Shown here: positions 1 to 14,800 of the stretch, one piece after another
Layout: each line of letters opens with the position of its first letter
How positions within the stretch are numbered: position 1 is the stretch's first letter
Translations under genes and position numbers: made by a program
The notes under the pieces: generated by a model
Told to the model about the DNA's origin: nothing
The model's input: only the letters and a program-made list of their open reading frames with translations
Database searches by the model: none
Origin: Paraphysomonas bandaiensis
Lineage: Eukaryota; Protista; Chrysophyceae
NCBI GenBank assembly: GCA_965644295.1
Contig: CBFFRP010000298.1
Coordinates: 62,001 to 126,000 of the forward strand
DNA length: 64,000 nucleotides
Reading direction: 5' to 3'

Positions 1-2166
1 AGGAGTATACTAAGGTACACTAAAACGTCACTCCATACAACAGTTGTAAGGCACAAACGTTCACACCCAATTAGAATGTTATATATCATACTACAAGCAG
101 CATATCTACCAGTTGCAGGGAGCTGTTTAAGTGCAGGACACTTTCTTGCAGAGAGTTCTTGAAGCTGTCTGAGGTGACCAGCGCTGCCGGGTATTACTGA
201 GAACTTTGCGTTGTTGTTTATGTATAACTCTCTCAGAGATGTGCATGCTCCGATCTCCTCAGGTAGAGCCCTTAGGTTATTGCTCGACAACGATAGACGA
301 CGTAGGGCTGAATGGAAAAGTCGAATGAGGTGATATATTTCACATATACATGCGCTATTTAGAAACATACTTGACAGACACACTTATATACATGCACAGT
401 TGTATATAAGCATACAATTACATAAAAAAGCATACGGTGACGGCAAGCAGAGTATTTACATTTTAAGTTTCCAATCTCAGGTGGCAACGCGGTCAATTTA
501 TTCTTGTAGAGCTGTAAATCTCTCAGTTGAACAAGAGTGCTGAACATGTCCGTGGGAAGTGTAGCAATTTTATTGGCGGCTGCAATATATACATGTTAAT
601 CAATACATGAAGTGGTGTGCAATATTCAGGGCGTATGGCATACCTAAATTCAGTAGCACCAATTGTGTACACATTGCAATGCCAGAAGGAACCACATCCA
701 GGACATTTGAACACATATCTAGCTCCACGATCTTCTGGCAATAGCCAATTTCATCTGGAAGCTCTTTGATTTTATTCAGGCTTAAGTATAAGCGCTCAAT
801 CTGGCAAGAATTTCAATCAATAAAGTAGAATATTTTAAAGTGGACAAAGTTTCTATTCAGTTATATAGAGGTGAAGCAGTGTACGATGTATTATAACACA
901 CATAGTCAGCAATAATAATTTCTGACCTTAGTCCAAGACCTCACAATCTGTCCAGGCAGAGCCTCAATCTTGTTATTACGCAGGTTTATGTACACCACAC
1001 TAACCCAAGCAATGGCCTCTTCTGGAATGACTGCAACACACAATACAATTAAAATGGACATAGGACTACACAATATACCCCATATATATGTGCAATAAAG
1101 ATTAAAAAAACATGTAAAGCTAAGGGACATATACGTTTACACTAAACGACTAACCTTTTATGAAATTATCAGACGCAGTTAAGGTTTTTAAATTCGTCCA
1201 ACCATCGGTATTGCTAGGAAATCCAGTCAACTGATTGCTATCTAAATGGAGCACTTCTAACGACTTCATATCACCAACAGATTCGTGCAAAACACCATTC
1301 AGAGCATTGCAACTTAAATTCAACTTTTTGAGCTTTTCTAATTGCGATAATACCTGCAACACATGTCAGTACAACAATCAATGGAATGATACACTTCAGT
1401 GTACTATCTCTAACTGAAAGTATAGCAAATACTTACACCAAATACGTGATCTCCGTTGAAAAGCTGGTTTCGAGACAAGTTTATATCCACTAAGTTATAA
1501 AGCTCTTCACTAATCTGAAAAAAATTTGGGAGCATAGAGAGTTTCATTCCGGCCAAGCAGACATTGTCTTGTTTCTTATCGGCACATTTCTCTAGAGTCT
1601 TATAGACAACATTCTGAAACACATATAAGACACATGTATATATTAATAAATATACATACAGAGATCTAAGTGCACACCTTACGACTATATATATACACAT
1701 ACATGTGCGTATACTTCATATACCACGATACATATATATCCATGCTCTCATATACACACTTGTATGTATGTGTCCAAATATATGCACACATAGAGATACT
1801 GCCTACATCCATATAACGATGCATGTCATACTACACTCATATATGTACATGTACGCATGCCCCTGTAGGTGTATATGTATACCTCTACATGTATATATAC
1901 TCATATATATGCACATGTATAAGTGCATAGCCCTATAGGCATATGAGGGTATGTGTGTATGTGTGTATGCCCCTATAGGTACATACGTGTAGCAATCATA
2001 CCTCTAATATCTCCTCTACTTTAATCGTACGTGTATAGTTATCCCCCATACGAGGACACAGCATCTTACTCCTCTCTATAATCATCTGGCGAGTGGTCCT
2101 TATCTCTGGACCAGCCTCCTTCTTGCCCTTCTTCTTACCTTTACCTTTCTTACCTTTCTTAGGCAT
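1..2166 (-). CDS. Leucine-rich-repeat protein, multi-exon, Lys-rich N-terminus; 3' end lies beyond the left edge of the window
   Basis: ATG at 2166 gives MPKKGKKGKGKKKGKKEAGPEIRTT. Successive minus-strand exons carry LxxLxLxxNxL repeats (LKKLNLSCNAL, LEVLHLDSNQL, LRDLQLYKNKLTALPPEIGNL, IERLYLSLNKIKELPDEIG) separated by GT-AG introns. Confidence 0.85.
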
Positions 2167-2864
2167 GGTTGATAGTAGAGTGGATAAGGGAGAGAGGGAT
2201 GGGGTTGTGTAGTTATGGGGATGCAATATGCAGAGTTCGATGAGAGTTGCACATGTATGTATGTATATATGAGCGAGGTGGCCATATACACGCATATACA
2301 CCCATATACACCCATATACACGCCTCTGTATACGTATATACATACATACATGTGAGCAAATTCTCACAACGCAACGGCCACTGTATAACCCTGTATAACT
2401 CTGTATAACCCTGTATAATGTGAAATACGTACAAATATACTAAAAAATGAAACTGTCAGAAACTTTTTGGAATATATACTAATACAGAGAATACATAAAG
2501 TACATGCTTGTATACAGGAATTCCTATCTATGCTATATACAGCAGTATATAGTGTATGTATCTATGAATCTACACACAGATCCTACCAGTATTTGGTAAT
2601 CGCTGTGTGACTATGTCAACCATATCGTCCACATGTACATGTCCAGCAGTACATATCATACGGGGTAGGTACAGGTACAGGTACAGGTACAGGTACAGCA
2701 GTATATATGTACAGCACTGAGGAGGCAGTACTCTGTATGTATATAGAGTGCAGTGTATGCAGGCAATCCATGCATCCATATAAACTCCCCCACTCCCTCT
2801 ACATAATCTGACACACCTACTCCAACTAACCATTCTAATGAATAATCATTAACTCACTATCATA

Positions 2865-5800
2865 ATGATGTCTTCCAGTGATGAGAAACGATTGGCTAAA
2901 TTTCTACAGCCAGAAAAGGTGCTTCTCTACCATCTCTGTGTAGCTATCTATATATCTCTGTGTAGCTATCTATATATCTCTGTGTAGCTATCTATATATC
3001 TCTGTATAGCTATCTATATATCTCTGTGTAGCTATCTATATATCTCTGTGTAGCTATCTATATATCTCTGTGTAGCTATCTATATATCTCTGTGTAGCTA
3101 TCTATATATCTCTGTATAGCTATCTATATATCTCTGTGTAGCTATCTATATATCTCTGTGTAGCTATCTATATATCTCTGTATAGCTATCTATATATATC
3201 TGTATAGCTATCTATATATCTCTGTATAGCTATCTATATATCTCTGTGTAGCTATCTATATATCTCTGTATAGCTATCTATATATCTCTGTGTAGCTATC
3301 TATATATCTCTGTGTAGCTATCTATATATCTCTGTATAGCTATCTATATATCTCTGTGTGGCTATCTATATATCTCTGTATAGCTATCTATATATCTCTG
3401 TGTAGCTATCTATATATCTCTGTATAGCTATCTATATATCTCTGTGTAGCTATCTATATATCTCTGTGTAGCTATCTATATATCTCTGTGTAGCTATCTA
3501 TATATCTCTGTGTAGCTATCTATATATCTCTGTGTAGCTATCTATATATCTCTGTGTAGCTATCTATATATCTCTGTATAGCTATCTATATATCTCTGTG
3601 TAGCTATCTATATATCTCTGTATAGCTATCTATATATCTCTGTATAGCTATCTATATATCTCTGTGTAGCTATCTATATATCTCTGTGTAGCTATCTATA
3701 TATCTCTGTATAGCTATCTATATATCTCTGTGTAGCTATCTATATATCTCTGTATAGCTATCTATATATCTCTGTGTAGCTATCTATATATCTCTGTGTA
3801 GCTATCTATATATCTCTGTATAGCTATCTATATATCTCTGTGTGGCTATCTATATATCTCTGTATAGCTATCTATATATCTCTGTGTAGCTATCTATATA
3901 TCTCTGTATAGCTATCTATATATCTCTGTGTAGCTATCTATATATCTCTGTGTAGCTATCTATATATCTCTGTGTAGCTATCTATATATCTCTGTGTAGC
4001 TATCTATATATCTCTGTGTAGCTATCTATATATCTCTGTATAGCTATCTATATATCTCTGTGTAGCTATCTATATATCTCTGTGTAGCTATCTATATATC
4101 TCTGTGTAGCTATCTATATATCTCTGTGTAGCTATCTATATATCTCTGTGTAGCTATCTATATATCTCTGTGTAGCTATCTATATATCTCTGTATAGCTA
4201 TCTATATATATCTGTATAGCTATCTATATATCTCTGTATAGCTATCTATATATCTCTGTATAGCTATCTATATATCTCTGTATAGCTATCTATATATCTC
4301 TGTGTAGCTATCTATATATCTCTGTGTAGCTATCTATATATCTCTGTGTAGCTATCTATATATCTCTGTATAGCTATCTATATATCTCTGTGTAGCTATC
4401 TATATATCTCTGTGTAGCTATCTATATATCTCTGTATAGCTATCTATATATCTCTGTGTGGCTATCTATATATCTCTGTATAGCTATCTATATATCTCTG
4501 TGTAGCTATCTATATATCTCTGTATAGCTATCTATATATCTCTGTGTAGCTATCTATATATCTCTGTGTAGCTATCTATATATCTCTGTGTAGCTATCTA
4601 TATATCTCTGTGTAGCTATCTATATATCTCTGTGTAGCTATCTATATATCTCTGTATAGCTATCTATATATCTCTGTGTAGCTATCTATATATCTCTGTG
4701 TAGCTATCTATATATCTCTGTGTAGCTATCTATATATCTCTGTGTAGCTATCTATATATCTCTGTATAGCTATCTATATATCTCTGTGTAGCTATCTATA
4801 TATCTCTGTATAGCTATCTATATATCTCTGTGTAGCTATCTATATATCTCTGTATAGCTATCTATATATCTCTGTATAGCTATCTATATATCTCTGTATA
4901 GCTATCTATATATCTCTGTGTAGCTATCTATATATCTCTGTGTAGCTATCTATATATCTCTGTGTAGCTATCTATATATCTCTGTGTAGCTATCTATATA
5001 TCTCTGTGTAGCTATCTATATATCTCTGTGTAGCTATCTATATATCTCTGTGTAGCTATCTATATATCTCTGTGTAGCTATCTATATATCTCTGTGTAGC
5101 TATCTATATATCTCTGTGTAGCTATCTATATATCTCTGTGTAGCTATCTATATATCTCTGTATAGCTATCTATATATCTCTGTATAGCTATCTATATATC
5201 TCTGTGTAGCTATCTATATATCTCTGTGTAGCTATCTATATATCTCTGTATAGCTATCTATATATCTCTGTGTAGCTATCTATATATCTCTGTATAGCTA
5301 TCTATATATCTCTGTGTAGCTATCTATATATCTCTGTGTAGCTATCTATATATCTCTGTGTAGCTATCTATATATCTCTGTGTAGCTATCTATATATCTC
5401 TGTATAGCTATCTATATATCTCTGTATAGCTATCTATATATCTCTGTGTAGCTATCTATATATCTCTGTGTAGCTATCTATATATCTCTGTATAGCTATC
5501 TATATATCTCTGTATAGCTATCTATATATCTCTGTATAGCTATCTATATATCTCTGTATAGCTATTTATATATCTCTGTATAGCTATCTATATATCTCTG
5601 TGTAGCTATCTATATATCTCTGTGTAGCTATCTATATATCTCTGTGTAGCTATCTATATATCTCTTTGAAGCTATCTATATATCTCTGTATAGCTATCTA
5701 TATATCTCTGTATAGCTATCTATATATCTCTGTATAGCTATCTATATATCTCTGTATAGCTATCTATATATCTCTGTATAGCTATCTATATATCTCTGTA

Positions 5801-8800
5801 TAGCTATCTATATATCTCTGTATAGCTATCTATATATCTCTGTATAGCTATCTATATATCTCTGTGTAGCTATCTATATATCTCTGTATAGCTATCTATA
5901 TATCTCTGTGTAGCTATCTATATATCTCTGTGTAGCTATCTATATATCTCTGTATAGCTATCTATATATCTCTGTGTGGCTATCTATATATCTCTGTATA
6001 GCTATCTATATATCTCTGTATAGCTATCTATATATCTCTGTGTAGCTATCTATATATCTCTGTGTAGCTATCTATATATCTCTTTATAGCTATCTATATA
6101 TCTCTGTGTAGCTATCTATATATCTCTGTATAGCTATCTATATATCTCTGTGTAGCTATCTATATATCTCTGTGTAGCTATCTATATATCTCTGTGTAGC
6201 TATCTATATATCTCTGTGTAGCTATCTATATATCTCTGTATAGCTATCTATATATCTCTGTATAGCTATCTATATATCTCTGTGTAGCTATCTATATATC
6301 TCTGTGTAGCTATCTATATATCTCTGTGTAGCTATCTATATATCTCTGTATAGCTATCTATATATCTCTGTATAGCTATCTATATATCTCTGTATAGCTA
6401 TTTATATATCTCTGTATAGCTATCTATATATCTCTGTGTAGCTATCTATATATCTCTGTGTAGCTATCTATATATCTCTGTGTAGCTATCTATATATCTC
6501 TTTGAAGCTATCTATATATCTCTGTATAGCTATCTATATATCTCTGTATAGCTATCTATATATCTCTGTATAGCTATCTATATATCTCTGTATAGCTATC
6601 TATATATCTCTGTGTAGCTATCTATATATCTCTGTATAGCTATCTATATATCTCTGTATAGCTATCTATATATCTCTGTGTAGCTATCTATATATCTCTG
6701 TGTAGCTATCTATATATCTCTGTATAGCTATCTATATATCTCTGTGTAGCTATCTATATATCTCTGTGTAGCTATCTATATATCTCTTTGAAGCTATCTA
6801 TATATCTCTGTGTAGCTATCTATATATCTCTGTATAGCTATCTATATATCTCTTTGTAGCTATCTATATATCTCTGTATAGCTATCTATATATCTCTGTG
6901 TAGCTATCTATATATCTCTGTATAGCTATCTATATATCTCTGTATAGCTATCTATATATCTCTTTGAAGCTATCTATATATCTCTGTGTAGCTATCTATA
7001 TATCTCTGTGTGGCTATCTATATATCTCTGTATAGCTATCTATATATCTCTGTATAGCTATCTATATATCTCTGTATAGCTATCTATATATCTCTGTATA
7101 GCTATCTATATATCTCTGTGTAGCTATCTATATATCTCTGTGTAGCTATCTATATATCTCTTTGAAGCTATCTATATATCTCTTTGTAGCTATCTATATA
7201 TCTCTGTGTAGATATCTATATATCTCTGTGTAGCTATCTATATATCTCTGTATAGCTATCTATATATCTCTGTATAGCTATCTATATATCTCTGTATAGC
7301 TATCTATATATCTCTGTGTAGCTATCTATATATCTCTGTGTAGCTATCTATATATCTCTGTGTAGCTATCTATATATCTCTGTATAGCTATCTATATATC
7401 TCTGTATAGCTATCTATATATCTCTGTATAGCTATCTATATATCTCTGTGTAGCTATCTATATATCTCTGTGTGGCTATCTATATATCTCTGTATAGCTA
7501 TCTATATATCTCTGTGTAGCTATCTATATATCTCTGTATAGCTATCTATATATCTCTGTGTAGCTATCTATATATCTCTGTGTAGCTATCTATATATCTC
7601 TGTGTAGCTATCTATATATCTCTGTGTAGCTATCTATATATCTCTGTATAGCTATCTATATATCTCTGTATAGCTATCTATATATCTCTTTGTAGCTATC
7701 TATATATCTCTGTGTAGCTATCTATATATCTCTGTATAGCTATCTATATATCTCTGTATAGCTATCTATATATCTCTGTGTGGCTATCTATATATCTCTG
7801 TGTAGCTATCTATATATCTCTGTGTAGCTATCTATATATCTCTGTGTGGCTATCTATATATCTCTGTATAGCTATCTATATATCTCTGTGTGGCTATCTA
7901 TATATCTCTGTATAGCTATCTATATATCTCTGTGTGGCTATCTATATATCTCTTTGTAGCTATCTATATATCTCTGTGTAGCTATCTATATATCTCTGTA
8001 TAGCTATCTATATATCTCTGTGTGGCTATCTATATATCTCTGTGTGGCTATCTATATATCTCTGTGTAGCTATCTATATATCTCTGTGTAGCTATCTATA
8101 TATCTCTGTGTGGCTATCTATATATCTCTGTATAGCTATCTATATATCTCTGTGTAGCTATCTATATATCTCTGTATAGCTATCTATATATCTCTGTGTA
8201 GCTATCTATATATCTCTGTGTAGCTATCTATATATCTCTGTGTAGCTATCTATATATCTCTGTGTAGCTATCTATATATCTCTGTGAAGCTATCTATATA
8301 TCTCTGTATAGCTATCTATATATCTCTGTATAGCTATCTATATATCTCTGTGTAGCTATCTATATATCTCTGTGTAGCTATCTATATATCTCTGTATAGC
8401 TATCTATATATCTCTGTGTAGCTATCTATATATCTCTGTATAGCTATCTATATATCTCTTTGAAGCTATCTATATATCTCTGTGTAGCTATCTATATATC
8501 TTTGTGTAGCTATCTATATATCTCTGTGTAGCTATCTATATATCTCTGTATAGCTATCTATATATCTCTGTGTGGCTATCTATATATCTCTGTGTAGCTA
8601 TCTATATATCTCTGTATAGCTATCTATATATCTCTGTGTAGCTATCTATATATCTCTGTGTAGCTATCTATATATCTCCGTATAGCTATCTATATATCTC
8701 TGTGTATGTATATGTCTAGCGGTGGTTTCATATATATAATCGTTTATGTCTCGGTATGTGTATGTGTGCATAGGTAGTTATATTTATATTCACATATGTC

Positions 8801-11800
8801 TGGATATGTGTATCTATATCTAGTGTCTATAGGTGTATAGGTATCTATGAGTGTATAGGTGTTTAATTATAGATATTTATGTATAATTTGTCGTGTCTAA
8901 TCGATGGCTGTTTCGACATGTAGAGTGCGAAGAAGAGGCTCGGATATGCCCTGGACTATATCCGGAACACCTCTAGGTTTAACGAGAGCAGGTTTATGAA
9001 CGACCAGTACGAGTCTGTAAGTCATCTATACACACATGCAAATATTTCTCTCTCTATTCATACAAATGTATATATATTGGATATCCACAATACACATATA
9101 GATATATCTCAGCCCTCATATGTGATATACACATATGCAGCTCCTGGACGTACTTCTATCTACCATAAAGCAGTATGATGAAGAGCACGAACCGTCCGAC
9201 CAAAAGAAGATATTAGGAATGCTACGATCGACTGCTAATATAAAGAAGGCTTTCACACACAAAGGTCACGATGATAAGTATTTGGGCATAATGGTAGGCG
9301 TGTTCTCTGTATATAGTGCACTAATAGATATCATTGTAATACATGACGCTATTGCAGGAGCTGTTAGATCGAATTGTTCTTCACTTACCACACAAGATGA
9401 CATCCGAGTACGCAACACACTGTCCTTGATATTACAACTACGTAGCACCTCACAGTAACCTCCACCTGTGTTATTTTCCATGCTTCATGCGAACTACACT
9501 ATTTGTATATGTTTCAGCATCGTATCTAACGCAATGTAATTCGTGCATTCATTGTTCTCTCACTGTACAGCTCTTTCGTTTCGTCGCTGGTTGAAATCCT
9601 TCTTATATTTCTTCACCCCGATAATGTCATCACTTATAAACTACCGGCATTCGAAGTCCTTTTGCGCTGTGTTCAGCAAATGGATAATTATGAATCTCCG
9701 CATGTGGTGAGTACAGTATTTATATACAGTACATACGTTATATATGTTAAGTGTAGTATCATATTTCAATTGGCAATGTATTTAACGTTGTTCTGTTTGC
9801 AGATAACAGCACTTGTGGTGGAATGTATTCCAATAAGCGTGAAGGTGAAATTGACATGCATTTTTTTCATTGTTCGACGTTGTGTTTTATGTGAACTTAG
9901 TACAGTTCATAGAACTATTTCGTCGCTTTAACACAATGTCTATACGACTATTACTTTGAGAAACTGTGGTTGTAATGCTATACGATCTTGTAGAGTATGT
10001 CGGTACACATGAATTACATACATCATAAACTCTGTCCATGCCTGAATTTTTTTGTAGCCACAGAGTCCAGTTGCCATGTACGTAAACCGGGCGGCTGTAA
10101 GCAATAATAACCAGACCAATCAGCCACCAATCTGCTGGGGACAATCTGTAGGGGCATTTTCGATGTCAGATAAAGAGCAGCCACTCTCTCCAGATATTGA
10201 GATTGTTAAGGTAGCTCAGTGTGCTTTAGAATTATCGTGAAGCGAATATAGTTTCATGTCATATATATGCAAGTATATTATGTACACTTATACGAGCATA
10301 TTGTGTACCGTGTGTTGCACAATCTATTACTACATTTTTAATCTAATATTCTTTGCAGTTTTTGGAAGTACTTTTTAGAGTTAGTATATATGGATTCAAT
10401 ACCTATGATGGAAACGTTATATCTAGAGGGGATGATATATCTCCTATGGACCAAGTGAATCATTTCATATTCTGGCGGGACTTTATATACACACACTTTG
10501 CAAGGTTAGTATAACGGTTTTAGGCCCATTTAGAAACAAGATGTTATCGTGTTGTTGAGAATGATAGTGGTAAATTGTTGGTTTGCATTTTTTTACACAC
10601 ACAATATCCGTTCTCTCTCTCTAGTGTGTTATTATGTGAACCCTACCGTTTATGAGCCCTTATACCGTAGGTTTTTCGTAGGAAGGAATGTGGTTGAAAT
10701 GTGCTCGGGGTTGGTGTGCGAGCTTGATGGTAAGTGGGAACGTATAATATGTAGAGATATATTACAGTATTGCCTCGATTTTTTGTGCTGCGGTACCTTG
10801 TGAAGATGTAATTTACATGCTCTCAGCCAAATTGATCAAACACTCGTGCTTGCCTCCTTCCCCAAGAGTATTGCTTTTTACAGTCCCTCCAATCAGTATT
10901 CAAAAGTGTGTATATGACTGGCTGTCGGATGCAATGGGTTCCAAGGTATTGGTGGATCACATATGGTGTGGTGAGGGCGTGTATTACATGTTAGTGCTCT
11001 GTCAACAAAGATTTCATCCTGAGCTAATGAGGTAGGAGACCATCAGCATATTTAGAGGAGTAGATAGTACTGCTGCAAACTATTAGATTTCCATAATCTT
11101 TTTCGTGTAGGAAGCAAGATGGGATCACATTGGTACAAAGCACGATACGGCTGTATGAAAAATGTTTGATGAGTACTGATACTTCCAAACTAAACTCCTT
11201 ATCTCTTCAAGAGAGTGTATCGTTGTCGAAAAGGCCATGCCATTTTGGACAGAATATGGACTTCTATCTATCGCACATGATCCACCACATTTCATTATGC
11301 TTTTTGAGAATAGATGAAGTCGATTGTTCTGTAAATATTGTCAACCAAATGGTATCTCGATGAAACACGTAGCTCGTATAGATATGATCAATCGGATATA
11401 TGTACACTACCGTATGGTATACTGTACTGTTTTATAGTAGAATGTGGTATAGAACAGGATAGGCAATGTATAAACGTTGGATAATGTTGTCTTTATTGTA
11501 GCGTGACATTTGCTTTATATCCATTTTGAATCATATATATATTTGTCAGGTGCAAACCATAAAAGAAGGATTACAGTTTTATCGCTTGTTGCTGAAGAGC
11601 TGTACTTCAGAATACCCAGCATCTGTCATCAGAGGGAAAATGCAGGAGGTATGCTGTCACTACATGGGGAATACATCAAGACAAGGTAATGTAGAAAACA
11701 CAGGATCGTTGTCACTAGCTGTGTAGATAGATTGGCGATGCTGATATTTTATTATTCATATCAGTTCACCTTTGTAGCACTATATTCGACAATGTGTAGT

Positions 11801-14800
11801 GTAATGTAGTTTGTACAGCGAAGTCAGAAGCTAAACCGTTGCAGTTTATTGCTGTATCTGCAATGTAACATTTCTTTGCTTTAGGTGTTATTGCCGCTAC
11901 ACTTTCAGACGTTGTTGAAGTGACATTGTCATCGTTTTTACTGGCCCCGAATTGGAAGAATGAAGATGTAATTCCATGCATCTATTATGATATTTGACTA
12001 CCTAAAATGTTTGTACATTACGCAATCCCTCTTCCATGACATGCTGTGCACGACCTTATGTGTTTTGTTCTAAACGTCCCCATATAACCCCTATAATTTT
12101 CCCAGCTTCATTCAGAATTTTCGTTAAAGATGTATAACTGGCTGATTGATGAGGACGTAATACACTCAAGCATTGGAAAGAATGGCGTGTATGCTCATTA
12201 TGCTCTACCTGGTGATACTGACACTCCTGACCCTTCCAATTTTAAAGTGGGTGACTTGAATTTGGTTTATCACGTATAATGTGGAGGGGAACTATACGTG
12301 CTAGGCGCCATACTTACTTGTTGATTCTATAGGTGTCTTTGCTGTCGCTGTGGGGAAATCTATTGTTTACAGCGTGCTCCTCGTGCTGGTTGTATCTAGA
12401 TGTGTTTAGGCATATCTGTTTGAAAGCGAACCCAGAATATATGCATTTGGAGGTGTCGTGCAGACAGTTACTTGGTGAGGATATGTTTCTGAACATTTAG
12501 TATGCTCCTTTTCATTTCACTTTCATCTTTGTCACTGTATATAGTACTGTATGAAACGACATATTTGACACTGCTACATACGTAACTGATATGCCTCGCA
12601 GAGAATGCGAAAAATACCCCCGAAGAATCGATGTCGCAGTTAAATTCGGAGGAGACTAAGTTACCAGCTCCACAGCAGCATACATTCAATTCAGCAAGGT
12701 GCAGGACAAGTCTATGTTTATTGTTGTTCCTTTTTACGGCTTACTTCATGTTTTACTACATACTTCTTACTTGGTGACACTGGAACACTTATTACTTGTG
12801 CTGTGGTATATTCACTGTACTAATATTTTAGTATCGTTTTGATAAAATGTTTGGCAGTCAAATTTGGAGCTCAGTGGCTGAGCAGCATATCGATCTGCTG
12901 TCTATCAACAGTTTATATGAGTCTGTTATTGCGATTGATAGGTAAAGTGAAGCACCCTTGGCTTAAGACTGTTATGTTATATTGCATGATGTTGTACAAG
13001 TATTTGAATCGACTTCTTACTTTTATACCTTAGGATTTTAACCCTGATTCCATTGTCAACGCTCAGTGTCTTGCATCCTAAGTTGAATGCTTTAGTAATA
13101 TCTTGCTTGAGTGACATCGCAATCTACTGCTGTACCAGAGTGGTTGTGAAACACCGACATTACGAGGCCCTGGAGCCTCTTTCGAACAACAAGACTGAGC
13201 GTACATTGCAGAAACAGTAAGTGACAATATATATCGCATATGGAAAACATAGTACCGTCTGTACTTCGCTATGTCTTACGAAATGTACCTAACAGAGCCA
13301 TAAAATCCAATGCGAAGCTACAGGAATACGAGAAAAACTCACCGCTTGGAGATATATCACCAGACACAGTGATGTCGTTTGTGTTTCCTTTCTTACTGGT
13401 AGAAGCTCAGGATGTGAGAAAATTATTCATAAACTCCAGACTGTTGGCTATGGAGGCCCTATGTATAGGTATCCGGACGTGCTCTCTACTCATTATTGTC
13501 GTTTAATTTGTACTATGCCTCACAACAAAATATTAAATCGGTGTTGGTGCATACATGCTGATTTTTTCGTTTGAACTCTAAGATTTCTTCTGAGCAGTGC
13601 TACAAACTAACTCCAAACGACTATTATGTGAAGATATGTCTGAGAGATGTTTGGGACTTATATACCAGTCCCTACTCAATCAAGGTCAGTTTCTGTAGTT
13701 CTTGTCGTCGCTGTATGTATATCCAAGTATGTTCGGATCCATGTATGCGTATTCTATATAGTACATGTACAGTTTTTGTTCTCAACACTTATACAAGGAT
13801 ATTCCAAGCTACTGGCTGTAGTATTCATGTCCTGTCCTGATTTTTTTTCATTGGGATTACCTGGAACCACCCTTTTTGTGGAACCGTTCGTAGCAGGTAA
13901 GTGGGCATAAGTGCCGTACGACGAGAGATCTGTGCGATGATGTATGTGTGCCTGTTGATATGTGCAACATAGTACCATGATTATCCACGTGTGGGTGGAT
14001 ATTAACTTAAGTGTAACTGTTACATCAGGCATAGAAAAAATTTTTGCTAATACGCAATGGGCTTCATCAGGCGGAACATTTAGGGGATCTATTTTAGAAC
14101 ACTTAACTTCGAAGAACGTTGTCGGAAAGTACACTGCTGGCAATGTCAAGGAAGTTGTAATGGTAAGCAGTTTGACATGATGAATATGTTTCGCATACTC
14201 AGTGCAGTTCGGTGAAGTATATAGCTCTGTGGCTGCCATGTTACGACATACAGTATTGAGTCTTCGAGCTATTACTATATACGGACATATTGGAATATTG
14301 TGTATAATATGCAAAAGTTTGTGATCTATATATTTTACAATTTAATTGATACACTTCTAGCAACCAAACACTGCAAAGATGTCGATCGACGTGATATATG
14401 GCTGCTTGGACCTTTTATTTGGGATTGTGTCATACATACACAGGTAGTGAGATTGACAAAGGAGTCTGCTCTGTGTTGCAGTGCTTATTAGGGGTAGGTT
14501 ATTTACTCTATACATACAGATATCCAGATATTGCTGGTTCGACCAGTTCTGACAAATGTGGTGACCATACTGAGCACAGGTGCGAATGTCGTTTACATGT
14601 CAGTTTTTCTTGTAATATATATTTTTACGCTGCATCCTACCTGTGCGTTTTGGCATGATTGGATATTATGCTCGACACAGTCATATGGTGTACAAGGCAT
14701 TCTATTTACAATTTACTGTTATATATACTGTACATGTTATGACTTACTGTAGGGCGCATTACATGGAGATTGCATTAAGAATTGGGGAGTATGGGCAGCC

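Noticed and set aside
2381-2700. Short tandem repeats (CTGTATAACY x4, GTACAG x5)
   Set aside because: Ordinary slippage repeats within the RY-rich promoter region; covered by the compositional finding.
2932-8706. Satellite as a CRISPR array, telomere or coding repeat
   Set aside because: No unique spacers, no G-rich telomeric unit, no ORFs, and flanked by in-phase exons.
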